Below, piece after piece: positions 1 through 20,740 of a stretch of 64,000 nucleotides of DNA. The stretch comes from Amoebidium appalachense. Taxonomy: Eukaryota > Protista > Ichthyosporea. Under the pieces are notes generated by a model, which did not search any database, was not told the origin of the DNA, and worked only from the letters and a program-made list of their open reading frames with translations. The stretch covers positions 992,001 through 1,056,000 of the forward strand of contig CAVNZM010000002.1 in assembly GCA_963693365.1 (NCBI GenBank). Direction: 5' to 3'. Position 1 is the stretch's first letter, and each line of letters begins with the position of its first letter. The translations under genes were made by a program, and so were the position numbers.

Positions 1-303
1 CCCACACACGCGTGTGCATGCACATACGCATGCACATGCACATGCACACACACACGTAAATGCACACGCACATGCACGCGAAGCAAACGATCTTTTCACC
101 GCCACTCCAACTTTGCCTGTAGTATCTACACCTCACAACACATAGCATATACATGCTATGCTCTAATCTAAGACAAGATATAAATTTGAAAGATAACGTG
201 CACTAACAGCGTGCTCTGCAGCCTACAATCAGACTTTGAATGGATAAAACAGTTACAACCAAACGCAAGATGGTCGCAAGAGGTGCGAATATCCCCTACC
301 ACT

Positions 304-344
<41 letters not shown>

Positions 345-631
345 AAAAAAAAAAAAAAACCGATTTATACCTCTCCGATCAACCAAGCCCTCACACCTTA
401 TACTTTCATATTCCACTACAAACAAGCACACACACACCCAGCGCACAACTGCTTCCCAGCGAGTAAAAGCTTACACGGAAAACTTACTGTCTTATTGCCT
501 GCTTATCGACACACACACACACACCTAACACAAATACAGGTACAAACATGGATGCACACATGCACACGCGCGAGTGCAGGCACAGCACATGTTCACAGAC
601 ACAGGCACGCACACTAGTACACACGCGCTCG

Positions 632-900
<269 letters not shown>

Positions 901-1066
901 CACTTCACTTAGCTATGGTTTCCGCCCACCCAAACCTAAGGCACATGTCTCACACACATATATGTGCGAGTATGAGTTGGTTCAGGTGATTGTATGCTTA
1001 GTAGCAAATAAATACCGTGGTTCGGCTCTTGGACTCTTGAATAACCGCTGGTTTAACCCCCTGCAG

Positions 1067-7423
<6,357 letters not shown>

Positions 7424-7725
7424 CCACACGACGACGCTCGCATTTTGGGGAGGAGATTCGTCAGTGTGTGTGCGAGTTGAACGAGGGGATGTGCATGTGA
7501 GAGGGGTGTTTTGGGTGGGGGAGGGATGATGCCAGAAAGCCATGTTCGTGGATTTCGGTGGATGCGAGCCGCAGGAATTACAAATCAGTGGCTAGTTGGA
7601 GGAGTTCCATACAAGTGCATGCTTACATGTGCACACACGAAACTACGCACGGATACACACAGGCATACACGTCACATACAACCTTCATCACACATGCAAG
7701 CAGTGGCACGTGTATACAAGCACAT

Positions 7726-7806
<81 letters not shown>

Positions 7807-9116
7807 CACACTCACACTCACACTCACACTCACACTCACACACTTACGAACACCTGTGTGGTTATGCACACGTATACACGCGCGCATACACAAAGGCACA
7901 CGCACATGTGCATTCTACACACACCCAACACGTTGTCAAATAACCTATGCTTCTGCACGCACTAGACTATGCAAGGGGTGCTCTTGGCATCTCACGTTAA
8001 GCAATCACCTACGGTATAGGTTTGGCTGGGCTCTGTTGATGTTAACTAGTTACTACGTAGTTGTGCTTGTTTGTGGGGGGGATCGGTCGGTAGCCCGTGC
8101 TGGCATGGGTGCAAAGGCACACACATACACACACATGCACATGCACATGCACACATTGTCACACACACACGCACATTCGCATAAACGACATAGCAACACT
8201 CTAGTATATGCCCAGACCCTTGGTTTGCTCCACTGTACTTTATGTTTTGTTTCGCCCAGCTCTGGCAATGCCACGAATAATGTTTACATTGTCGTTTTGG
8301 GGTTGTTGTTGTTGTTGTTGGGGGGGGGGGGGGGGGGGGGGGGGGAGGGGGAGGGGGTGTTGTATCTTTGGTGGGAAAGGATGAAATAGACATGCATGGG
8401 TTTTACCAGGCCGGCAACTTAACGGGATAGCACCAAAATTCACAAATGTACATATGGCACGACACGGGTGGCGTGCTTGGGGGATAGAGCGGGTGTAATT
8501 TGCGGTAAGGGTGCAGGCCCACACCCCCAGGCCCTGACATGTAGCGTTGCATAAAGTGGACTCAAGGCCGGCCCCATGCTCCCAACGTGCACCCTGCTGG
8601 TTGCTTCTCTGCTGATTCCCATGGATTAACACATATACGTAATGCATTATTTACTCTTTCTGTGGCCGGCCAGAGACCTGAGGAGCTACTGGGCCACGTG
8701 TTTGTGCGTGGTTCGCTCGGCACGCATATATTGTGGATTTTTTCTCGATGGATCATGACTCACGACGTGCCTATGCATGCGCACATGTACACACCCACGC
8801 ACATGTGCGCGCTCACACACTGCAAGTGCATGGCCCATATATATGCATGCATGTACGTAGAGCACATGTTCGATGCACACCGACGTATGCGACATGCACA
8901 GTTACACATGTGCAAGAGTATACACGGCCGTGTACACAGCAAGTTACGCACGTTCTGAGATCGACTCATGCACGTGCACACACGAACTCGCATGTGTGAC
9001 TTTGTGTTGGGATTACGGTCATGTGATTATGGGTGAATGATTTGCCACAGTTGGTAGACGTGGGTTGGGGCCTGTCGAAACCATTAATATTGTGCGTGGG
9101 TGGCCTATGTGTGTGT

Positions 9117-9177
<61 letters not shown>

Positions 9178-9682
9178 CTAGTGGGGGTGTTTAATAATTA
9201 CGACAGATTGTATACAAAATAAAAGTTCGGATTTTCTGGCAACAGTTGTTGGGCCTGGATCATTGCGTGAACTGCCACAGACACACTGCAGCTGCAGATT
9301 GTGGTTGCTCTTGCCCCACTTCAGTTATAACCCTCCAGAGAGCCCAACTCCAGAGCGCCGGTGTTTGTTTATTTCTAGGAACCAAGTCTTCTGTTTATTA
9401 CACGTTCAGCAAGAACCATATGCTAATGCACTCATTAGGTCTGGCTATTCCGTTATATAAAACACAAAATGAATGGGGATTTGCAATATATATGGTCCCA
9501 TAGACGTGTATAACACCCCACCAGAGAACCACAATGTTAAGGCTGCAATACGTTGAAATGTGTGGGCAAGTGTCGGAGCGAGATATGTGTGTTGGTTGTA
9601 TGTTGTCATGAGTGCTTTTGCGACAAACAAACCTAAACCATATAGTGTGTACACAAGCCGGGGAAAAATTAACCGAGCAATC

Positions 9683-10132
9683 CTATTGGAGGTTTGGGCT
9701 GGCATTAAGTGACGTCACACGCAGCACGGTGATTGGCTGAGGGATTTCCCGCCAGCGCTCATAGCCCTTTCTCCGCTTCTTCTTGTAGACGATGGTCGGT
9801 TTTGTCTCCGTGTGCTCCACCACACGTGCTTTCACCGTAACTGTGTGTGTGTGTGTGTGTGTACGTGTGTGTGTGTGCATAAGCGTGAGCATGTGCCTGA
9901 ATTGCATTTCGAAAAAGTGTGTGTGGCGGCGGCGGCGGCAATGGTTAAGGGGAGGGGGGAAGGGGGGATGCGTGGGGGTATGGTTTAGTATCAGAAAAGT
10001 GCCCTCAACAAAAGAATCGATGCAACTGGAATGGTCAAAAAACCAACAAACAGTAAACAAACACAGCATGTACATTCCCACTACAGATGTCCATTATGTC
10101 CAGCACTCACTTTTCATCAATATCATCTGATT

Positions 10133-10182
<50 letters not shown>

Positions 10183-10417
10183 GAGGGAGAGTTGGAATGT
10201 GTTTCTTGAGTATTCGGGGGGTGGGTGGGTGGGAAGGGGGGGGGGGGGGGGGGGGGGGGGGGGATGAGGGTCTTTTGCATGCAGACGACCCCCTCCCCGT
10301 GCATGGATGTGCACACAACAAACACAGAACGAAGACTTACCAAGGCTGGGATCAAGGAGGGGGTCCCGACAAGGGAGAAATTCTTGGAGCCAGCCAAGAG
10401 AACTTTGTTGAACGTGA

Positions 10418-10453
<36 letters not shown>

Positions 10454-11488
10454 TGTGTGTGTTGTGTGGTGTACGTGTGTTGTGTGCGTGGTTGTGCTGT
10501 GCATGTATTGGTGTGTGTACGTGCATTGTCCGTGTATGTGTACGGATCTTGTGTGTAGGGGTGGATACGCGTGCATGTTGTGCATGCATATGGGTATGTA
10601 TTCGTGTATGCATGAGCGTGTACATGTGTCAGTGTGCTCTGTATGTGCGTATAGATATTTATGTGCGTATAGATATTTAGGGTATAGATATTTAGGTACT
10701 GACTGCGTACGTGCTTATGTTTGTGTGTGTTCCGAGGCCAAGTCAGAAACTGATGTCCGTCCATAAGAACCCATCAATAGAAACGACATCCTCAAACCCT
10801 TCATACCCCTTCCCCCCCCCCCCCTCCCCCCGGACGCACCACCCCTCTCAGACACAGAAAGACATACATTTACGCACACATATCTACACGCACACGAGCG
10901 CCAAGGACAAGAAAGGAAACACCTCAGATTGCACATTATTTCCCCATCTTCCACGCCTTCACATTCAACACTTTGCGCCCACATGAAAACAATTCAACAC
11001 TTTGCGCCCACATGAAAACACAGAAACACCCAAACACAGGCGTAGCAATCACACACACACACGAGGTATACAAACACCCAAACAGATTTGTACGCACACC
11101 AGCCTAACCTCTTCCCCCCCCCCCCCCCCCCAAACACCCTTTAACCTTTCCCCCCTTCCCCCCCCTTCCGCGCCCCACACACAAACACACATAACCCTCC
11201 CCCCCCCCCCTCCCCCAACCCCCCCCCCCCCACACACACACACCCACACGCACGCACCTCGCTACCCAGTTCGATGGGCATCTTGTTGACGACTATGGTG
11301 TCGTTGAACCCAACTTTGTGCTGCTTGCCGGCAATGTGCACCACGGCAAAGAGATCCTGTGTGTGTGTGTGTGTGTGGGTGGGTGGGTGGGTGGGTGGGG
11401 GGGGGGGGGGGGGGGTGGAGACACACACGCACAGAGAGAGATAGAGAGAGAAAGAGAGGGGGAGGGGGGGGGGGGGGGGGAGAGAATA

Positions 11489-11569
<81 letters not shown>

Positions 11570-12045
11570 GTGGACGGAGGGAGGAAGGGGAGGAAAGAGG
11601 GCGGGAGAGAGAATAGGGTCAGGTAAAGAATTTTACTTCCTCCACCGGCCAACTATCAAATCATTTCCGGTTGTTCTTTAAGCGCAATGTTTGTACGAAA
11701 AATTTCAGCGAAAAAAATAAGGCAAAAAATCAGTCTGTGAAAGGCAACCCTTTCCATCGATATTATGTGTGCCCCAAAACATGTTCCAGGGAGGTTTGGT
11801 AGGTGTAAGGTGTGTTTGTTTGATTAAGGGGGAGGGAGCCTAAGGCGGGGGAGGGGGAGGGGGGGGCTACCTTGCTGCTTGTGCGGGCAATGTCCTTGTT
11901 TGTTGCCGACAAAACATCTGTTGGGACTTACAATTTCAGATATCGAAAATTGGACACATGAGGCGGTTAAAGTGTGTACATGCAAGAGAAAGCGTTGAAA
12001 TAGGTAAGATCATGTGTGTGCGGGGTTTGGTAGGTATGCTGTGTG

Positions 12046-12084
<39 letters not shown>

Positions 12085-12117
12085 CCATGTGTGCGCGTGG
12101 GCCCGTGCATGTGTGTC

Positions 12118-12165
<48 letters not shown>

Positions 12166-12899
12166 ATGCTGCCTACAAAAATTGGGTGTTTAAAAATGAT
12201 CCCCCCTCCCCTCCTTCCTGGACTATTCCCCCCACATACACACTCCAAATCCCAAAACGGCACATTTTCAGCTGCCGTGTCTTGACCGAGAAACACAAAT
12301 GCCAACAGGTAACATACACATGTCCACACACCAAATATTATTCCCGGTTAACACCCCAAACACTTCTTCTCAGTTAAGACATCCAGCCAGTGCATGGGCT
12401 TGCTGGCAAGCAAAAACCATAAGACAAATACCAGATGCACAATACACCTACGGCACGAACTGATAGACTACGCACGAGTATAAGGCAAACATGTCCAAGA
12501 AATGTGAAAAATTCCAATCTTTTGCAATAGCAGAAGCCCATCCTCAACGGGTTTACACAAGTCGTCCCAGGGAGGGGGAGAGGGGGGGGGGGAGGGGGGG
12601 GGGGCTGACCTTCCTGCTTGGCTGCAGTAGCCAGGCACCGTGCAGACACTAGAGAGTGGTCTAAAGTTAAAATTTATATAGGAGGAGGAAAGCCACAGAA
12701 CGTGCAAGGCAGTTTGGCGAAAGAATGATTGATAGAGCACTGCTGAAGCAGCAAGACCCTAAATGGACGTGTTTGCTACTAGTGAACAGCAGAAGCGCAG
12801 GCGGGGGGAGGGGGGGGGGGGAGGGGAGGGGGGGAGGGGAGGGGGGGGGGGAGATCGATAAGATAACATGAGCAGTTGTGTGTGTGTGTACACGCGCAT

Positions 12900-12959
<60 letters not shown>

Positions 12960-13008
12960 CTGTACGTGCGTGCGTGCGTTTGTGTGTGTGCGTTTGTGTG
13001 TGTGTGTA

Positions 13009-13050
<42 letters not shown>

Positions 13051-13325
13051 CGCGTGTGTGTCTAAGTTGTGCACCCGGCCTATCCAACGAAGATCGAAAC
13101 AGTTGCCATCAATCCACACTATCCTTTCCGTGTGGTAGGTCTTAATTCACGACTCATGAGTTGCACAAACAGAAACAAGTCAGAAAAGCCTCATTCACTT
13201 CTCGTCTCACTACATTCTAAGCAACATCGTCTAACTGTCCCTGCCGCCCCCTCCTCCCCCTCACCTGCACGGCAGCCGGTCCTCCACGCCCCCACCACAC
13301 CCGCAGTCTGTCGGAGTGCAAACAT
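9683..13325 (-). CDS. MRPL21: Mitochondrial ribosomal protein bL21m (L21), 6 coding exons; one apparent 1-nt homopolymer frameshift at 10359-10363
   Basis: Exons 13325-13265, 12648-12610, 11917-11871, 11356-11258, 10418-10341, 9840-9683. Arg/Ala-rich N-terminus without acidic residues ([27 protein letters not shown]), then L21 core [14 protein letters not shown]...[18 protein letters not shown]...VTVKARVVE...KKKRRKGY...TVLRV. Adding one C restores both the frame (GTPLLDPSLV) and the splice phase. Confidence 0.88.
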
Positions 13326-14181
13326 GACTCCTAGTGGCCCCGTGAGCCCTTGGAAATTGAGGAATCCCGTGTGTTTTCTTGCTCAGGTGTCAGAAAAAGT
13401 GTGTTTGTTTGGACCACTATACACTCCTTCCTCCCGATCCTCCTAATTAGTTTTGCCACCTATAAACTCCAGCAACCCTAGCCTGCTAAGAATTGATACA
13501 CCCAAAGTCCAAGACTCCTTCCTCCGCCTACTTCGCCCTCCCTCGCAGACACAGAAACAAACGTAAACACACGTATGCCCACTAACAGTCACCAATTGCA
13601 AAAACCTCCCTCTCTCTTCTGTGCCTCTCTATGCCTCTCTCTCCCTCCCTTGGGCACGCCAGGCCTCGAGTCACCAGCGAGGAGCCACCTTGTGACGTCG
13701 GAGATTGTGACGTCATAGAGATTGTGACCCCCTAGATGAAGCTAGGGAGACAATTCAAAAGATAAATATTTGCCCCCGTTCAAGCTGGATTGAAAAAAAC
13801 CAATGGCAGATCGACAGTTACGTCACAGGTGCGATCTTTGTAAGTGGCCTTGAGTGGCCCACTTTGAAGGAAGGGGATTCTCACATAATTTGTATATAAT
13901 ACAAACTCTTTTTCTATTTTTTGGCTTAAATAGATACAATATAACGACATAACCGTAATTTGTGTTATGATACTTTTTCTAATGTTTTTTCGAGACACTC
14001 GAATCCGGTGGTGTTTCATGAAAAAGAGACCTAAGCCGATAACCCGATCCGATTCACAGCCGAAGTTGTTGATTGGCTCTTCCATACTTAGCCTCACATG
14101 GTACCCGCCGGCGGGCCGTCCCCGCTTATGAGCGTGCGACTGACCCATTGATGGTCTCTTTTCAGGTGACGAGCAACGAAA
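13326..14181. promoter_or_regulatory. Putative bidirectional promoter of MRPL21 and RPL19, with CRE/ATF-like sites and a pyrimidine (TOP/TCT-like) initiator
   Basis: Divergent start codons 856 bp apart. Three tandem TTGTGAC(GTC) copies at 13690-13728 include a perfect TGACGTCA at 13708-13715. TTACGTCA lies near 13818. CTCTTTTC at 14156-14163 is 26 nt before the RPL19 ATG. Confidence 0.55.
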
Positions 14182-17100
14182 ATGTAAGGCTCGAGAGGAG
14201 AAAAAACGTGGAAAAATGCAGGTGGATGAGAAGCAATTTAGGGAGATGCACGGATAGTTAGGGAAAAATAAGCGTTGGAAAGTCGTAACGGTTCAAAAAT
14301 CTCTTGGGAGAAGGGAAACTAAGATGGGGACGACGGTTACGGAGACACGTTGGAGGGAGGGACCATGTTTATCATCGATGCTGAGTTGATGATGTCCCAC
14401 GAGGAGCCTTTTCCTGCCCAGTCATATTACTCTGAATACAGGAGTTTTGAGCACGCAGGTCACCACGGGTGTTGGGAGTGCACGTAGAAAGTACAGCCAC
14501 GTGACATACAACTCTATAGGGTCCTGTCACCCTGCTGTTTGACGCAAGAATTTTATACGGTTTATGGCTGCATCATCTCCGTAGATTTGTGCATTCGCCA
14601 CAAAGTACCGGGTCTTCTTCACAATAGAGATGGCAGGGAACCACTCCTTTTATTTTCCAGACACCGACTAAGTTGTTCACAGGTCATACAGGTCAGTCAT
14701 GTTTTTTTGCGCATACTGACGTGTGCCTGGGGGGGGTCACAGGGTGTCGCTCAGCACCCAGAAGCGGCTTGCCGCCGCCGTACTTAAGTGCGGAAAGCGT
14801 AAGGTCTGGCTGGACCCCAACGAGGCCGGCGAGATCTCCAACGCCAACTCCCGTAAGTGGCCTGTTTTCTTTATTCTTTTCTTGGGGGGGGGGAGGGGAG
14901 GCCAAAGGATAGCATCGCTGTGTACGCAGACAAGAGGACGGAGGGAGGGAAGGCAGGGACAGTTTGCAGTGATGGAAAGCCAGGCGGGTACAACGGCAGA
15001 ACAGAACTCGCAGTTTAACCAGGCCAGTAGTTTCCGTCGTAGTGTCGCCACGGCCACGGGAAGTGTGTTTTTGGCAGTGCAGTACAGGCGGTTGAGTTAG
15101 GTCTCAGTCCTGTGTGCCGTTCCTTTTCGGAAACTTTTTCAGTTGTCGAATGTGGTTGACACGACGGTTATGCGATCATTTACAGTTTGGTATTAGGTGA
15201 CACATCATCGAATATTAGGCTGGTATGTATAACACATGGGTGTCATGAAGTTAAGCTGGTTGGGGTTTGACGAGTGGTAGCCAGTCACAAGCAATGGTGT
15301 GGTAGACCACTTTGGAAATGACACGTGGATGCCCTTGTGTGGCTCTAAAATGCTTGCAACACTTATACTAGCTGTGTATACGTTTGAATGGCAGATGTGG
15401 GCACACCATGCGCATGCGTTCTGTGTTGGGTGTGTCTGTCGGTGCACGATTCATGCACACTCCACACATTTGCAGGCACCATCACACTTTGTTTGCACAA
15501 ATGTGCGTGTACATGCACACACATGCTGGCTCACGCTGACTATGTGCTGTGGAAGGACCGTTTTAAATGCGCACACATTTGCAAGCAATGACCACACAGA
15601 CAGCTACATGCACGTTATTGATATAACCTGTCACGTTCCAGTACTCGCCGCAGTGCACTATATGCATAACAACACAACACACACTTTCCTAGCTTTCTAT
15701 ATTCCCGTATGTGGCTCTCTGTCCGACTGCATGTTTCGTTTCGTGCGCGCACACCAACATGGCCACACTAGACACCCTCCACTTCATCCCAGTATATCCG
15801 TTGCTTCTGCTCCGACATTCCTGCATCAGTTTGCATCTCGTTCTGTGCAACCACACCCACTGCGCAAGTGCACTATTATCATCGGTGCAACAACAGATTA
15901 GTGTTTTATCGTGCATGTTATGGGTTTCCCACACGGGGAGAGAAACGCAAGGCCTACCCTTCTCGTATCATCTCCCTTGAGCCACGCTTCCCCACCACAC
16001 ACACCGACACTATGAGATGGCGAAGCATACGTGCGCACAGGTACACGTACACGTGCTAAATGTGTGCCCGTGTAGGCCAGGGGATCCGCAAGCTTGTCAA
16101 GGACGGTCTGATCATCCGCAAGCCCCAGGCCATCAAGTCCCGCAGCCGCGTCAACCGCCGCCTCGAGGCCAAGAGGAAGGGCCGCCACACCGGTGCGTAC
16201 ACATACATACAAGCATACAAATATACGTATACAAGTGTGTACATGGATGTGTATATCTGGAGATACATGCACACACACACACACACATCTATATACATAC
16301 ACACATGCAATGGAATATGTACATGGATGCGATATGGTGGTGCGTTTGAAGACCGTAAGGATGGTGATAAGGAATGTTGGCCATCAGAACGTGCATAAAG
16401 CATGGTTTAGGGACGGTTTGAAGGGGGAGCATTGCGGGGGTGGGTGGGTGGAACCATAAAAGCAGGAAGGGATGTGTGCTTGTGGGGACAACCCTGGGTG
16501 TGTGTGTGGGGGGGGGGGGGGTTACTCTCTTGGGTAATGGTGCTGTGGTGGTTCTTCTCATGTTTTTTTTGCGGCTTGGACATACTTGTTTAGAGGGTGG
16601 GACTCCTGTAGTAGCGACAAACATCATATGACCTGGTTTTGTGGAGGATTTGTTGTTTTCGAGGGGGAGGGGGGGATATATTAAGGTTCTACACTGTTCG
16701 TATTGGTGAGAACAACGGAGGGAGTGGTGGTTGAGTGTGCAATGCTGGAGAGTTTGGGGTGGGGGGGGGGGGGGGGGGGGCTGTGTCTGAAGGGAGACAG
16801 ATAGTACTCCATACTTTTCCAATTGTCCTTTCCTTAATCGGATTTTTTGACGGCTCACTCTTTCTCTCTCTCTCTCTAATGTCTCTGGTGTGGTGCCACG
16901 ACACCTCGAGAGCCCCCACCACCGCCACCAGAATAACAAACACACACACACACAGTCTTTGAGTTGGGTTTGCCTGCGAGGTGAATGGGTCAAAATGGGG
17001 AAACTCTGGTTCTGTGGATGGCTTCAGGACACCGTAAAAGCTGGGCTCTGCTTGTGATGGTCAAGCGTTCTTGACATGTGCCTTGCCAACCCTGTTGTCC

Positions 17101-17493
17101 GACAATGGATGTGTTTCATGCATTCTAACCTCCTCCCCCCCCCCCCCCTCTCCACACACAGGCACTGGTCGCCGCAAGGGTTGCTCCGACGCCCGCCTGC
17201 CCCAGAAAACCATCTGGATCCGCCGCATGCGCGTGCTGCGCTCTCTGCTGCGCAAGTACCGCGAGGCAGGCAAGATCGACAAGCACATGTACCACGACCT
17301 GTACATGAAGAGCAAGGGCAACCAGTTCAAGAACAAGCGCGTGCTGATGGAGTACATCCACCGCAAGAAGGCAGAGAAGGCCCGCAGCAAGATGCTCAGC
17401 GACCAGGCCGAGGCCCGCCGTGCCCGCGACAAGGCCGCACGCAGCCGCCGCCAGGACCGCAAGGCCGCAAAGGCCGAGGTTGCTGCCGAGTAA
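14182..17493 (+). CDS. RPL19: Cytosolic 60S ribosomal protein eL19
   Basis: Exons 14182-14183 (AT, start codon split by an intron), 14743-14852, 16076-16192, 17162-17493. Protein [28 protein letters not shown]...[18 protein letters not shown]...[12 protein letters not shown]...[22 protein letters not shown] overlaps the stop codon. Confidence 0.97.
14380..14455 (+). ncRNA. Candidate intronic box C/D snoRNA (SNORD46/snR63-like guide) in RPL19 intron 1
   Basis: Box C-like TTGATGA at 14386-14392 and CTGA at 14432-14435. The CTGA is preceded by AGTCATATTACT, which is antisense (with one missing G) to conserved LSU rRNA helix 69 AGUAACUAUGACU. The terminal stem is weak. Confidence 0.3.
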
Positions 17494-17552
17494 ATAAAAC
17501 GTCGTGCCCCTCATGCGGTGTGCCTGTGGATGCCATGTTGTGCGTGTTTTTT

Positions 17553-17589
<37 letters not shown>

Positions 17590-18935
17590 TCAATATTAGT
17601 GCTTCTGCTGTTCCCCACCCCAGGCTGTGCAGGAACACTCTCTGGGCATGCACAGCGTGGAAATGGGAAATGAAAGGTCATGGATGATGGGGGCTCTAGG
17701 TGTACGTGGATTCAGCAAGCATATACATATACTGTATGGTCGGCTGAGGCACACATGTGCTGCATGATGGATGCTTGGCTTGTGCAGATCAGGCAGTTCG
17801 AGATTCAAATACTACTAATATACTCTTGCCCAGTTCGGACCCACTTTGGGGCTGGCTCCACGTTTGCACAGTGCAAATGTGAGTTGCAGTATTGCCCAGG
17901 GTCTGTCTCGAAAGACATGTTATTACTGTGCCCGTGCTGTTTGTACGGGCCCGGAGCCGCGCACATCAAATTCACAATGCACTCGCGTGGGTCGGGTAGG
18001 GTGGGAGATACCGGGACCGTGTGCACTGCAAATTTGGAGCAAGATGACGGGCATTGAGGGCTGAAATTCGCATGATAGGTGCATGTATGAATTCGTGTAC
18101 ACGAAACACAAAACTATGCTATGGATTTGGCGAGAGAATACGGATAGGACAACAAACATGATCATCTACGGCTATATGAATTAGTTGAAATCAGTGTTAT
18201 TGACATGTTGCAGTCAAGAAATTCTTACGTTACCTAGATATTTCACACAACATGCTGGAAGCATAGTGAAGAACGCACTGTATACCAAGATATCTGCATG
18301 AGCTTACGTAATGAAAACACCACAAACCAGGACTGCACTTCACCATGCACTAGTCACAAGCTTCAGAACAACGTTGGGCACGTGAGAGTAGCCAACTGAC
18401 AGTGTTACAAGGCCTCCACCACACACGTGTCATGCCACTTGTCTATTTCCAATAACATTTGCAACCTCATGATAATTGCAAATCCTATGGTAATGTAGCC
18501 TACAACACAACCCTGTAACGGTTATCCACATTTGTGAACCCAACATATTGCCTTCGTGCATTATCAACCCCCCCCCCCCCCCCCCCCCCCCCCTCCCCTG
18601 CCCAATATCCTACCCCAAACACACAGCCACACCCACCCACCCACCTACATCATGCACATGTACACGCACGCACAAACAAACAAACAAACAAACAAAAAAA
18701 AAAAAGAAAGAAAGAAAGAAAGAAAAAGAAAAGAAAAGAAAGGAAAAGAGAAGAAAGAGAGAAAAAAGAAAGTTAAAGAAAGAAAGACAGGAAAAGAGAG
18801 AGAGAGAGAGAGAGGGGTGTGATGCTCACAGTGAGCAACCATCCTCCATAAATCACAAACACCAACAACACAGAACCCCAAAACAACAAATATTTAATGT
18901 TAGGCCCCAAATAAGCAGTGCATGTCCAACCAACC

Positions 18936-19799
18936 CTACGCCTTCACATCCTCCCTCCCATTCGCACTCCCCTCACTCTCCCCCTCCCTCCTATCCTTCT
19001 TCCTCCTCTCCTTATCTTCGACCTTTTCCCTCGCAACTTCCTTAAACAGCGACGTTAGTTTTTCCACCCAATAATCTCTCTCCTCCGCACTTCTGCATTC
19101 CACCGTAATCCTTTTTAGAAAACGATCTTCCCCACCCGCCTTTTTCCTTAGAGTTGTCTGGTTGTCTGAAACCGACCACACAAATCGCCCGGCGGTATCA
19201 CCTTCCGTTGAACAAAATGTTAAATGATTAATAACCAATCGTTCTTTGAGTTTATAAGTCACCACCAATGATTTTCCGATTTTTGTTTCCTTCTCTTTTT
19301 CCTTTTCCTTTTTCGCACTCGCTGGCGCCAGTGCTGCCTTAACGTCACGACGGCAAAACAAAATCTCTTTTTCGAACAAAAACCCTTCGCACTGCTCCCT
19401 CTCCCCCTTCTTCCCTGTGTTCGATTGCAGAATTACCGTCCCAAAATACCGTAATCTTCCCAAAGCGGCCAAATTAACGGTTTCGTCACCCGCGTCCAAA
19501 TAGGAAAACAACTCGCTCGCCTTTGTCGCGTTATCTTGCTCTCGTTTTATCTCGTTCGTTTTCGACGTAACTTCCTTCAAAACTTCCAAAGCCCGATCGA
19601 CGTGTGGGCGTGTTGGGTGGGACGAATCCGTATTTTTCTGAATTTCTCGTGCAAGTAACGGGTATTTCAGTATCCGTTGCACGGGTTTGATTAGGAAAGA
19701 ATCGAGAGAGGTGCTCTGCTGTTGGGTTGGATTTTGCTCCACGAGAAAAGTGTTGAAGGCTGGGGTGGACTCTTTGTGCCTCTCGAGGACATCCTTGGC

Positions 19800-19885
<86 letters not shown>

Positions 19886-20034
19886 CGTGTTTGTGTGTGT
19901 GTGTGCGCGCGGGAATGTGTATGTGTATGTGTATGTGTGTGTGTTCGTGTTTGTGTGTGTGTTCGTGTTCGTGTTCGTGTTTGTGTTTGTGTGTGTGTGA
20001 GTGTGTGTGTGCGTGCGTGCGTGCGTGTGTGTGT

Positions 20035-20077
<43 letters not shown>

Positions 20078-20223
20078 GTATGTGTGAGTGAGCCAGTGTT
20101 CTGAGTGCGAGTAATTGTAGGTGAGTGTCTATGTGTGTGTGTGTGTGTGTGAGCGACCACACCCCATGCACGTGTACATGTGTGTGTGTGCGTGTGTATG
20201 TTGTACGAGTTGTGAAGGGGAAG

Positions 20224-20259
<36 letters not shown>

Positions 20260-20501
20260 GGGGGTGCCTGACATGTGTGTAGGTATTGGTGAGTGAGTGC
20301 ACTACCGGGTGGGCATGTGGGTGTGTGAATGACTTGAGGAGGGAGCTGTGTGTTGCAGTGAAAGAGGCGCAAGTGTGAGGGCACGGGTGTGCCCGTGTGT
20401 GTGTTCCTACTGTGTAAAAGTGTCATGTAAAAGTGATCAGTTGTGTTTTTGAGTCTGCTTACGTATGTGTGATCGAGCACAGGAATGACCCCAGGAATGA
20501 G

Positions 20502-20546
<45 letters not shown>

Positions 20547-20690
20547 TCGCCCCCAACACACACACACACAGCCACATATCAAAAGAGTCTACAACCCACT
20601 CAGCTACCCAGACCCCCCCCCACCCTTCTCCTTTACCCCTACGGCTGGCATATTTACACACACAGGTATCGCAGCACACACACACACACG

Positions 20691-20740
<50 letters not shown>

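Noticed and set aside
10963-11021. Short local duplications (also near 1452-1523, 45623-45713 and 55036-55122)
   Set aside because: Two-copy ~30-bp slippage duplications inside introns with no further structure.
14098-14165. Alternative RPL19 start ATG at 14098 with an intron 14101-14165
   Set aside because: It would be out of frame with eL19. CTCTTTTC is better explained as a TOP-like start followed by the split AT|G codon.
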